A DNA stretch of 64,000 bases from Cladosporium halotolerans (lineage: Eukaryota): positions 496,001 through 560,000 of the forward strand of contig NW_027191463.1 in NCBI RefSeq assembly GCF_011745625.1, given 5' to 3'. The position numbers were made by a program, and so were the translations under genes. A model generated the notes under the pieces. It ran no database searches. It was not told the DNA's origin and saw only the letters and a program-made list of their open reading frames with translations. Shown here one piece after another: positions 1 through 10,817 of this stretch. Position 1 is the stretch's first letter. Each line of letters opens with the position of its first letter.

Positions 1-539
1 CAACATTGAGGAGGGGATTTTCGAAATGATATCGAAACAGCAATGTTCGCTGACGCATATGCGCCACATTCAGTTCGATACAATCGAATCTATCTTAAAT
101 TCCGGCCCCTCCCATCCGTCCATGGGTTGAAGCCAGGACCAGGATCGAGGAGGACAGCCGTGGTATCTCCCTCTCCTCCTTCCATCTTTCCTCCCGTCTA
201 ATCCAAAAAGAAATAACAAAACACGGAAAAGGAAACAAGTGTACCTTGTTGTTGAAACTCCGCCGACGCCATGCGATGCTTTTTTCCGCCGCCGCGCGCG
301 TGTGCACGCTCTTCCCGCCAGGAGCGCGCGCGCGGGGCTCAATGCCGTTGAAGACAGGATAATATTCCCCACATGGTATCGTTGCAAAAGGAGTCGTTTG
401 CGAAATACAGAGATCATGTTGAATCGTTTTCCGCCCGTCCCACGTGGAAACGGGGGAATGTCATGCGTAGCTTAGAAAAACAGGAATGCAGCGCGAAACA
501 AAGGCGACGCCCGACAGGATGTTGTCGTGGGCGACGCGC

Positions 540-2046
540 TTAGTAGCGGTACATGTCGGCCTTGAAGGGACCCTCGACGGGAAGAGACAGGTACTCGGCC
601 TGGGCCGGGGTCATCTTGGTGAGCTTGGCGTTGACGTGGTCGAGGTGGAGGAGGGCGACCTGCTCGTCGAGGATCTTGGGCAGAACGTAGACGCCGACGT
701 CCATGCGCTTGACGTCGCTCTTGGGCTGGGACTCGTCGACCTTCTTGACGAGGCCGGTGGCGGCGTCCTCCTCGCCCTCGACGGCGCGGGCGAACTCGAT
801 GTACTTCTTGGCGAACTCCTTGTCGCCGGCCTTGTACAGCATGATCTGGGCAAGGACCTGGTTGGTGAAGGAGCAGGACATGACGAAGGAGCTGTGGCCG
901 GTGGCACAGCCGAGGTTGACAAGACGGCCCTCGGCGAGGAGGATGATGTGACGGCCAGACTTCATGGTGAAGCGGTCGACCTGGGGCTTAATGGAGACCT
1001 TGTCGACGGCGTTGGACTTGAGCCAGGCAACGTCGATCTCGATGTCGAAGTGACCAATGTTGCAGACAATGGCGTCCTCGCGCATAGCCTCGAAGTGCTT
1101 GCCGACGAGGATGTCACGGCAGCCAGTGGTGGTGACGAAGATCTGGCCCTGGGAGGCGGCGTCGTCCATGGTGATGACCTGGTAGCCGGCCATGGCGGCC
1201 TGGAGGGCGTTGATGGGGTCGATCTCAGTAACGATGACACGGGCACCCATGGACTTGAGGGCGTCGGCGCAGCCCTTGCCGACATCACCGAAACCGGCGA
1301 CAACGGCGATCTTGCCAGCAATCATGACATCGGTGGCACGCTTGATGCCGTCGACGAGGGACTCACGGCAGCCGTAAAGGTTGTCGAACTTGCTCTTGGT
1401 GACGGAGTCGTTGACGTTGATGGCCGGGACGAGGAGGCCGTGCTCCTTGCCGACGTTCTTGAGCATGCGGTAGAGGTGGTGCACACCGGTGGTGGTCTCC
1501 TCAGAGAGACCGTAGCAGCCCTTGAGCATCTCGGGGTACTTCTTGTGGACGAGACCAGTGAGGTCACCACCGTCGTCGAGGATCAGGTTGAGGGACTTGC
1601 CGGAGGGGAAGGACTTGAGCTGCTGCTCGAGGCACCAGTTGTACTCCTCCTCGGTCTCACCCTTCCAGGCGAAGACGGGGATGCCTGCGGCGGCGATGGC
1701 GGCGGCGGCGTGGTCCTGGGTGGAGAAGATGTTGCAGGAGGTCCAGGTGATCTCGGCACCGAGCGCCTTGAGGGTCTCGATGAGGACGGCGGTCTGGATG
1801 GCTGTGCGGGGAGAAACGTCAGCAAACGTGCGTTTCCAGGTGGAACTGCTCATCGAGCACGACAAACTCACTCATGTGAAGGCAGCCAGCAATGCGAGCG
1901 CCGGCAAGAGGCTGCTCAGCACCGAACTTCTCGCGGGTGGCCATGAGACCGGGCATCTCCTGCTCGGCGAGCTCAATCTCGCGGCGGCCGAAGGCCGCGA
2001 GGTTGATGTCGGCGACCTTGTACTGCTTGGCGGGCTCAGATGCCAT
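540..2046 (-). CDS. SAH1: Adenosylhomocysteinase (S-adenosyl-L-homocysteine hydrolase); 2 exons (2046-1872, 1801-540)
   Basis: Motifs [63 protein letters not shown] and C-terminal YRY. Intron 1871-1802 reads GTGAGT...GCTGAC...CAG and restores the frame. Confidence 0.98.
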
Positions 2047-3063
2047 TTTGAATGTGTATTGGGGGGTGTTGAGGGTGGAGGGGTATAGAGTGGTGGATGG
2101 AGGGAGTGTGGAAAGGTGGTCAGGACGTGGGAGGACAATGTCAAATAGAGCGGCGGGCGGGGCAGGGTCCTAGGGATTTTTTCGCGGCGCAGGCACTGGC
2201 TTGAGCCGATGCGCCTGCTGTGGGCTGGCGGGATGAGTTGATTGGCTGAGCGCGCGTTCTCACGGTCTGCGCTCCAGACGAGGCTCAGCACAGCAACTGC
2301 CGGCGAATCGTCCCACTTTCGTGCCCCGCCATCTACTTCCACTCTCAACCCTTCTTGAAGATGTTTCCACTGGGCCGATAACCCCCTGGGTCGTCATGTC
2401 GGCGCAGTAATGGATTGCAGCACTCGAAAGAGGTATTACAGATCCATTGCTGTCTAATTGATGCTCAATCAGCCCGTTGCGGCGCTGTAAAGAAAAATCA
2501 TCTCAGCGTCTCAACCCCGCCTTTCGTCACCGTGCATCCCACATCCCGCCGATGGTCGAACATACCACGTCAACTTATCACGGCCGAAAGACACACTCAC
2601 GACATGATATGCTGCAGGCTATAGCCTCTGAAACCATCCCTGACCACTCTGCCATCATGTAACAGACTCAATGACTATGCACTTCTTTCAGAGGTCGAGA
2701 ATGCTCAAATCTATCAAGCCGTCATCACATGTAGCTGCACGTGGGGCTCGGACGAAAGCGGGTCCAGCCCTTCGACCAGAAGATCAAGGTGGCCGGACCC
2801 AGCCCCACTGGCTGTTGGTACTCTGATGGTCTTCCTGGCTGGGTAGTAGTATCAATCCTCTACGACCTTGGTTCTAAGGCGTTGTCGCAAGGGAATTCTG
2901 GCAACGGAAAATGGTGGAAGTAGACCGCGAAGATAAACGGCGGTCACCGAGAAACTGCAAAGGCGTAGACTCGTTACGTCGTACCGATTATGACTGCTAT
3001 GTCGTGCCTGTTCCTTTCATGCCAGCTATCATTTTGGTATCGCATGCACTGAACATGACAAGC

Positions 3064-3482
3064 TTAACCATGCGTGACCTTCGTGACAGTGCCATCCTCG
3101 CTCGTGTGAATGTTGAGCCTGTTCGCACACTGTCAGCCCACATCCCACATCCTCATACCAAACCAAGTCCACCGTCCGAGAAAGGAAGTGAACATACCTA
3201 TCAGGCTTGTGGTCCATAGTCGACATATCGCCCTCCTTGATCACGCGGTGCTCCTTGGGGAGGTCGGTTTTGGCGAAGGTCTGGGTGAGAGCGAGTGTTA
3301 GCCAGGATTACAAGCGAGGACAGCACCTGGAGTAGGTAGGCCTTGAGGAAAATGAGGAAAGGAGAAGAACATACAGTCTCGTTCGACGAGTCGCCGAGCT
3401 TCTTGCCCATCAGCTGGTTCATCCAGCCGGAGGTCTTGTCGTCGCCGCTGTTGGACGTGAGGCCGGGGACGACAAGGGGCAT
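3064..3482 (-). CDS. Small fungal protein, peptidase inhibitor I78-like; 3 exons (3482-3375, 3280-3198, 3118-3064)
   Basis: Spliced product MPLVVPGLTSNSGDDKTSGWMNQLMGKKLGDSSNET-TFAKTDLPKEHRVIKEGDMSTMDHKPDR-LNIHTSEDGTVTKVTHG. Both introns have GTATGT donors, CTAAC/CTGAC branch sites and CAG acceptors. TMDxxPDRLN is typical of the I78/potato-inhibitor-like fold. Confidence 0.8.
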
Positions 3483-3901
3483 TTTTGCTGATTCGTTGGT
3501 TTTTTGGAGGGTTGAGAGTTGTTTGCAATGATGAGCTGCGTTTCGAGTTTTTTCGTGTAATTGTTTAGTCGAAAGAAAGGAAGTAAGATTGGAATGTTTA
3601 TCTTGTAGTTGCTGCAGGGTGGCACGAGGGGCGGATGGAGGGCAGTTGCGTCATAGGGTCGCCCGCTGGGCTGGGAAAGCTGATGCCTGGTTGCTGCGGC
3701 TGGAGGAGGGCCAGACCTTAGCTTATGACGGGCCGTTTGATAGGAGGATCGGGTTAAGGTGTGATAATGAGAACGCACTTGGATGGAGGTTGAGATTAAA
3801 AAAGTGAATACAGGTAAGGAAAGTGACAAGGTAACCTAAGGCCTCCCCTGCTCCTCCTTAACAGCCGAAGGTAACCTCACGTGCCCTTCCTTCTTGGATT
3901 G

Positions 3902-5548
3902 TCACGACGCAATGCCCACTCCGCCCTCATACCTCGCCCTTCCATCGCCACCAGACTCGCGACTGAGAGCGCGCATGGGATAGCTACCTCCCTTCTCCGC
4001 CGGGATCATCGTCGCCTGGCTGTGGCTCCGCTGGCTCTGCACCTCCACAACATCATCGTCGTACTCCTCCCCGACCGTCTGCGGCTTGACCTCACGAATA
4101 ACCTCCACATAGTCGTAAGCGAACTCGCCCAGCTCCACATCATCAATCCCCAGCTCCTGCTCCTGCGCGCTGGCACGCAGCCTCATGGCCGGCCAGAAGC
4201 CACCGATGATGTTCAGCACGTACAGGATCAGCATGCTCAGCACGAAGCTCCAGCCCATGCCAGCCGCCGAGTCAGCCAGCTGGTAGCCCAACTGCTTCCA
4301 GTTCTGGTTGAGCCAGCCGCCCTCGATCTCCGTGACGCCGTCGAGGTGCGCGATGTAGTCTGCCGCGAAGAACGCCGTCAGCACGTTGCCGATCAGCCCA
4401 CCGATGCCGTGCACGGCGAAGATGTCCAGCGCGTCGTCGGCGGAGATCCAATACTTCAGCTGCGTCGCGAAGTTGCAGCCGATGCCCGCTATGATGCCGA
4501 AGGGCACGGCCGACCACGCCGGCACGTAGCCGGAGGCGGGCGTGATGGCGACCAGGCCCGCGACGACGCCGGAGCAGAAGCCGACGGTCGAGAACTTGCC
4601 TTCGAGACGGTAGTCGACGAGGCACCAGGTGATGCCGCCGACGCCGGCGGCGATGTTGGTCACGACGGCGGCCATGATGGCGCGGAGGTTGGCGCTGAGG
4701 GCGGAGCCGGCGTTGAAGCCGAACCAGCCTACCCAGAGGAAGACGGTGCCGATGACGATGTGCGTGACGTTGTGAGGTCTGAAGTTGAGGGCTTGCGTGC
4801 CGTGGCCAGCACGTTTGCCGAGCGCGTAGGAATACGCGAGCGCAGCGGTTCCGGAAGCAATGTGGACGGGGGTGCCGCCAGCGAAGTCGAGGCCGCCCAT
4901 GTTGAAGGCCCAGCCGCTGCTGTTCCATGTCCAGCATGCGATTGGATCGTAGACGACTGTCGTCCAGATGAACATGAACACCACGCAAGGCAGCATGCGG
5001 CCGCGTTCAGCGACGGCGCCAACGGCGAGGGCCACGGTGATGCAGGCGAACATGCCCTGGTATATCGCGAAAAGCAAATCGGGAATCTTGGAGCTTCCCA
5101 CGCTAGGTGCTGCTAGGACGTTCCTGAAGCCGATGTTTTCGAGATTGCCGATGAAGAACCCAGCGCTGTGCGAGAAGGCGAGACTGTAGCCCCTGTACGC
5201 TCTTATGTTAGCATGCTGAGAATGCTACTGTTACAATCCTGTCGGCTTACCAGAAGAACCATTGGAAGCTGACGACGCCGACAGACATGATGGAAAGCCA
5301 AATGAGTGAAAGTGCCGACTTGCGGCGAGCAAGGCCCGAGTAGAAGAACCTGGTGGAAAAACACTGTCAGCAATGGAATTGTTTTACCGACACAGTTTCA
5401 CTCACCCGACACCAGGAATCATGAGCAACACCAAAGCAGTCGACGTGAGCATCCATGCGATGTCGCCCGACTGGTAGTAGACGTTCAAGTCATCACGGAG
5501 CGAATCGCCACCAGTAGGCGCCGTGCCGTTGTATTCGACCGTCGCCAT
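3902..5548 (-). CDS. Ammonium transporter (Amt/Mep family); 3 exons (5548-5406, 5349-5251, 5192-3902)
   Basis: Motifs LVLLMIPGVGFFYSGL, YQGMFA, GAVAER, DFAGGTPVH, LWVGWFGFNAGS and DDALDIFAVHGIGG; introns are canonical. Confidence 0.97.
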
Positions 5549-5953
5549 TGCCGTTCAAGAATTGGTCGCGAGACCAATGTAATTGAAAGGAGCGTGGCGG
5601 ACAACGAGATCCACATCCAAGGTCCCTCTGGAGCCGGCGGTATGCGGTTGTGTCCCTGTGAAGAAGTGGCGCCGGCAGTGTCGCAGCGTGAAGAAGTCGT
5701 GGCGCGAGGAGGCTTCAATCTGGTGTAACCAAGGTGTTAAATCTGCACCTAGCCGTATCGAAGGACTCGCTCGCGGTTCGGTGGTCAAGCCTCTTTCATC
5801 AATGGGTGGACAGCCTTGCAGAGAGGGCTGGTTTTGATCGGTACCAGGGGATCAGACGGAGGAACGCCACAGGGCGACTTAGAGTTATTGAGCTTCCTCT
5901 ATCGCCTCTAGTCGGATCATGAATGCGCGGGCTGCGAGATGCGAGACTGTCAC

Positions 5954-6485
5954 AGATAAGGGTTCGCGGCCTGGAGAGATTGTGTCGCCGGAGATACGAC
6001 GACGTGCGAGACGGGAGCAGGAGACATAATTGCTTTATGATCCAGCACTACTAGGATGCGGACGCCGCGCCCTCCTATGCTGTAGCTAAGTGCTGGAATC
6101 ACAACCTACCTCTTCCACTCGCCTTCGTTCCTGGCAGCCATCACCTCCAGGGACCAGGGGTGCCGTATTAAGTGGCCTGCACTCAGGTACGCGAATCCAG
6201 GATCTCCCCAGAATGAGATGCTTCCCCGGAGCTGGAACGAACTATCGACAGGGCGTGAAATGTCGCATCGCGGCGTGCTTTTGCCATGAGGGTGCAGTCG
6301 TGAGTTCTGAGTGGACGCGAAGTTTACTGATAAGAGACCTACAGCCAAGTGGGCGGGCCGCTGCAGTTGGCGTTCTCGGGTGACAGGTCGCTAAGCCCAG
6401 CTGGGGGATAACATTGGCCGGAGGCGTTCGTGGCGGAAGAAGGTGCCGCGTGCCGCGGGTGCCTGGGATAGATTCCACTGATAAG
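5954..6485. promoter_or_regulatory. Three GATAAG sites (putative AreA/NIT2 nitrogen-regulation elements) upstream of the ammonium transporter
   Basis: AGATAAG at 5954-5960, TGATAAG at 6328-6334 and TGATAAG at 6479-6485, plus GGATAAC near 6406. HGATAR is the known site of the fungal nitrogen GATA factor. Confidence 0.5.
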
Positions 6486-8191
6486 GGTGCATGAGCTCGA
6501 GCATTGTTGATTTAATTTATACGAGTCAAGTCGGCGTACAATTTCTTCAGATATTTGTCGCGAAGTGAGACTTTTTCGCTCGGCACGCGCGGCATTCAAG
6601 CCTGTGAGTATTTCAGAAATCGAATCCTTGCACTGCAGCAAGTGCTGATAGGCAAGGTGTGCTGCTTCGGTCGCGTCTGTGCGACGTCTGCTCGTGATTT
6701 CGTTGTATCGTGCATCCAGGCACGGCGCCCACCGATGTCGAAGCGTTGCTGCACCCGTTGAATCGCAGCAACGTAAACTAATAGCGCAACCGTTCTTCCG
6801 TCGTCGGTGCTGAAGACGATCACAAACCCGGACGAGCCGGATCATCTCGCAAATGCCCAAAAGGAGTGGAGAACAAGGGCTTTCGTGTTCGGGCACCCTT
6901 GAAGCCGCTCACAACCGTGCGCAACGTTCGAGACCGGAGGATTTGGCGTCGGATAGCGGAAGATCAAAAGGGAGAGGAACTGAACATACAGCATTTCACC
7001 CTTCCGAGGATCTGTGAAACTGCATGCTGTGTGCTCGAGCTGCCCCTTCAATGGTGCGACGTTGTCCAAGACGGTGTGCGTGAAGTCTCAGCCTATCATG
7101 TGCTTGCCTCATTCCTGGGCTTGAAGAAAGTGTAATATTATTGCATGCCCAAACGACCTCGGTAGTCGATATTATTGTGCTCGTCTTGCAGATACGAGCC
7201 AATTGAAGTTTGTCTTGGGCTTTCGGAAGCGCAGCCATTTCCAGTGAAACTGTACCTGAGAGTGTGTTTCACTTCAGACTTCAGAGCTGCATATAACGGC
7301 GTACCGGGGCACAGGTCGCCTAGCTGTCAATATCTTCGCTCTCTATACTACGGGATACCATTCTCGTTCGGTTTGTGCTTTTCTGCCACTCAAGTTGCAC
7401 GGCTCGTTTCACAACGTTTTTAAGCCGACCACCGCTTGCAGTATCCGAAGTTCGTACGCATCTTGGGCTACGAGAACTCCTTTTGCGATACAACAGCTCT
7501 GTCGATACCCATCTGCTCCAGAGATGTAAGATTTTGCACCGTGCTGCTATCACCTTCAAACTCTCAAAATTGGTTGTTCTTCCAAAGGGTCACAAATTTA
7601 CTGTCATCCGAGTTTTCGGTCAATAGATGGGAATTGCATATGACACTCCCGCCCAGCGTAACTGCTCATTCCATTACGGCGCGGACGGATAGATCTATTT
7701 CAAATCTCAGGGTCGATCTTACATTTTCATCCAATCGTGATGAGAAATCGTAAATATCGGCCGCGGAGGAGGACTTACAAAGACCGTTCACCCGTTCTGC
7801 CATTCCTACAAATTCATTGCTATGTGACGTCAATGCCGTTGGGAGACAGACTTTCCAGAGACACCCGACATCCGCGCGCTCAGCGCGACAACCGCACGAA
7901 CGTGAAGTCAGCATGGATTGCACAGCCACGATGAACTCTGGCTATTGTATTGAGCATGCAACACACAATGTCACTCCTCGATGGTAGGTCAAGCTGAGCA
8001 CAGAATAATCGCCAGCATGAGTGTCGCCTGTTGACGCGGTCTGCACGCGCGATCGATCAATCGCGTCTCCTGGGAGCGTCCGCCACTTCATGGAACCTCA
8101 CCTGGAGCCCAAACTGAACTGAAAGGAGAAAAGAAAAAAGCAAAGAAACCCTTGCCTGTCCTTCGCGTCGAATACCTGCACCGCAATCATC

Positions 8192-10102
8192 ATGCCTCTC
8201 CCTGGCAAACACCCCGTGCTAGGCGCCGAGCACACCACCAAAGCGCCCAATTCGAAACGACCCAAACCACGCCCACCCCGCGGCATCCGCGACAAATGGT
8301 TCTTCCCCGGCCGCTCCCTACCCACCTACACAGGCCCATACAGCGTGGGGACAATGGAAATCGAAGTCCCCGCCGCCGACCCCCGCGTCATCTCGTCCCG
8401 CATCACACGCAAGAAGAAGCACGTCCTGCAGCTCGAGACCGTCCTTATGACCGTTTACTACCCCGCCAGCATGGATAGCCACGAGGCTGGCAAGAACGAC
8501 AAGCTCTCGCGGCAGCTGTGGCTTGGACGGCCGCGGTACGGTATGGCGCAGGGGTACGGCGCTTTCGCGGGTCTGCCGACGGGTATTGTGCTTCCGATCT
8601 TTTTACCGGCGCTTTTTACGAAGCTCCCTGCGTATCGAAATGCGGGCATCGCAAGCCACTGGGCACCTGAGGCGAATCTGAAGAGTGGAGGCGAGCGCGT
8701 CAAGACAACTGAGGGCACGAAGCCGCCTGGGTCCGCCGAGCTACCTCGCTTCCCTCTGATGATGTTCTCGCATGGTCTTGGAGGGAGTCGAACAATGTAC
8801 TCCAGTCTCGCGGGGGAGTTCGCTAGCTACGGGTTTGTGGTGTGCGCGGTAGAGCACAGAGACGGGTCGAGCCCGCGGACGTACGTCAACCACGCGAAAG
8901 AAGGGTATGGCAGTCGTGAGGAGCGCGAGAAGAACGGTGGCTTGGACCACTGGCACAAGGAGAAGAAGCGCGGCTACGACGTCATGGACTACATGTTTCC
9001 AATCGACAACCCCTACGACACTGGCCCCAACAACCCCAAAGGCGTCGACAAAGAACTCCGCGAAGCGCAAATTGAGCTCCGCCTTGCCGAGATCGACGAG
9101 GCGTACCGCCTTCTCTCTATCATCGCCGCCGGCGACGGCGAGCAGATCGCCGCGCAAAACCTCCGCTGCAAGGGCTTCGTCGGAGCCAGCTCGCACGGCC
9201 TGCGCGGCGTCGACTGGAAGGCCTGGCGCGGCCGCATCGACCTCGACCACGTGACCGCCTGCGGGCACAGTTTCGGCGCCGCCACCGTCGTCGAAATGCT
9301 GCGCAACGGCGGCCGCTTCCAGCAGTACACTCAGGGACTCATCTACGACCTCTGGGGCGGCGGCACGCGCCCCCCAGCGGAAGAGAACCCGGACCACCGC
9401 ATCCAAGCCCCCATCCTAGCCATCAACAGCGAGGCCTTCACCTACTGGCCCAGCAACTTCGAGACCGTCGACTCCCTCGTCGACGAAGCGCAGACGGACC
9501 CCTCTCCCGCTCCCGCCTGGCTCATGACCGTCCGCGGCACAGTGCACATCTCGCAGTCCGATTTCCCCTTGCTGTACCCCCATCTCTGCTCTTTATTTCT
9601 CAAAGCCGTCGCTTCCCCGCGCCGCGCGCTCGACATCAACGTCAATGCGTCCCTCGAGTTTTTACGGCAGGTCATGCCGGCGGACATGACGGGCGGGTTC
9701 CGCGCGTTCGACAGCGAGAACATCCTCGAGAGCGAGGCGGCGCCGCTGGACCGGATCCCGTCGTCGCAGATGCTTAGGCCGAAGAACAAGTGGGTTGCGG
9801 CGCGGCTGAAGATCAGGCATGAGTGGGCGTTTCGTATTAGCCCGAAGTTGTTTCGGGAGCTGAAGAGGAAGAAGGCGGAGAGGCAGGGGAGGAGTTTTGA
9901 TGGGAGCGGGAATGAGGTTTGGTTGCATGCGAAGCCGGAGGAGGGGTTGTTGGCGGAGTGGAGGAGGAAGATGATGGAGGTGGCGGGGCCGGTGGAGGAG
10001 AGTGTTGGTGAGGATGAGGTGGGTGGGGATGGGGAGAAGGAGGAGCAGGCTGGAGAGGACGAGGCGGGGAGCACAGAACCGCAGTCTTCGTCTTCTGGTT
10101 GA
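8192..10102 (+). CDS. Platelet-activating factor acetylhydrolase-like alpha/beta hydrolase (PAF-AH II family)
   Basis: 636-aa intronless ORF with LPxYTGPYSVG, FSHGLGGSR, VEHRDGS, nucleophile motif GHSFG, INSEAF and HISQSDF. Confidence 0.93.
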   Translation: MPLPGKHPVLGAEHTTKAPNSKRPKPRPPRGIRDKWFFPGRSLPTYTGPYSVGTMEIEVPAADPRVISSRITRKKKHVLQLETVLMTVYYPASMDSHEAGKNDKLSRQLWLGRPRYGMAQGYGAFAGLPTGIVLPIFLPALFTKLPAYRNAGIASHWAPEANLKSGGERVKTTEGTKPPGSAELPRFPLMMFSHGLGGSRTMYSSLAGEFASYGFVVCAVEHRDGSSPRTYVNHAKEGYGSREEREKNGGLDHWHKEKKRGYDVMDYMFPIDNPYDTGPNNPKGVDKELREAQIELRLAEIDEAYRLLSIIAAGDGEQIAAQNLRCKGFVGASSHGLRGVDWKAWRGRIDLDHVTACGHSFGAATVVEMLRNGGRFQQYTQGLIYDLWGGGTRPPAEENPDHRIQAPILAINSEAFTYWPSNFETVDSLVDEAQTDPSPAPAWLMTVRGTVHISQSDFPLLYPHLCSLFLKAVASPRRALDINVNASLEFLRQVMPADMTGGFRAFDSENILESEAAPLDRIPSSQMLRPKNKWVAARLKIRHEWAFRISPKLFRELKRKKAERQGRSFDGSGNEVWLHAKPEEGLLAEWRRKMMEVAGPVEESVGEDEVGGDGEKEEQAGEDEAGSTEPQSSSSG

Positions 10103-10817
10103 GGGGTTTTCTGAAGTGGAGTGATTTAAGGAAACAAGAGTCTTCCCAAATAGAAGGGCATCGCGAAAACGATCATCGGCACACAAGCCAAAGCGCACAA
10201 CAGACTCGATTTGATCCTGGTCCTGAGAAGGCCCTCTCGGCGGCACCGCCACCGATCCCGGCATCAGAAGAACAGGTAGCACCACAACAGAAACCTGAGA
10301 TACATCGGCCAGAGCAATCTGCAGGAAAAAGGATCAAGCAAAACCGGCTATCCAGTCGGCTCTCTCCATCGCACCACACGAAGTCATCGACAAAAGAGCA
10401 AAGGAGTCGCTCGCGATGGCCAACAAGATCATGGAGAGTAGTCTCATGTGCAAAACATCAAGCTCCATGCAGGAGCTGCAAACAAACAAGATGGCTGTGG
10501 TATAATCATAAATACTTTGGCTCCGAACAACGGGAGCGGATACATGGACATAGACATAGACACAAGGCCCACATACAGCCGGCGGCGCCGCCTTGATGCT
10601 TGTATGAAAATCTCATCATATCATCATCACCATTACCTAGAAACCCACCCCGCTCCCGCTCGTTTCGTTTCGCTTCGCTTTTATCGCTCGACTAGCCTCT
10701 CATCACGCCCCAGGCTCATACACATCAGGTATCATTCGGACGTCAAAATCAAAGAAAAGAAGAAAACAAAAGAAAAAGAAAAGAAAAGGCCAACGCCATC
10801 GCTAACTAACCCAACAC

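Noticed and set aside
486..1946. 486-aa antisense ORF over SAHH
   Set aside because: It is in exact codon register with SAHH. Strong codon bias (avoidance of TTA/CTA/TCA) explains the lack of antisense stops, and it has no independent protein features.
3881..5116. 411-aa antisense ORF over the ammonium transporter (similar shadows lie over PAF-AH, the C2H2 gene, eIF3h, PUF6 and VRP1)
   Set aside because: These are shadow ORFs caused by GC3-rich codon usage.
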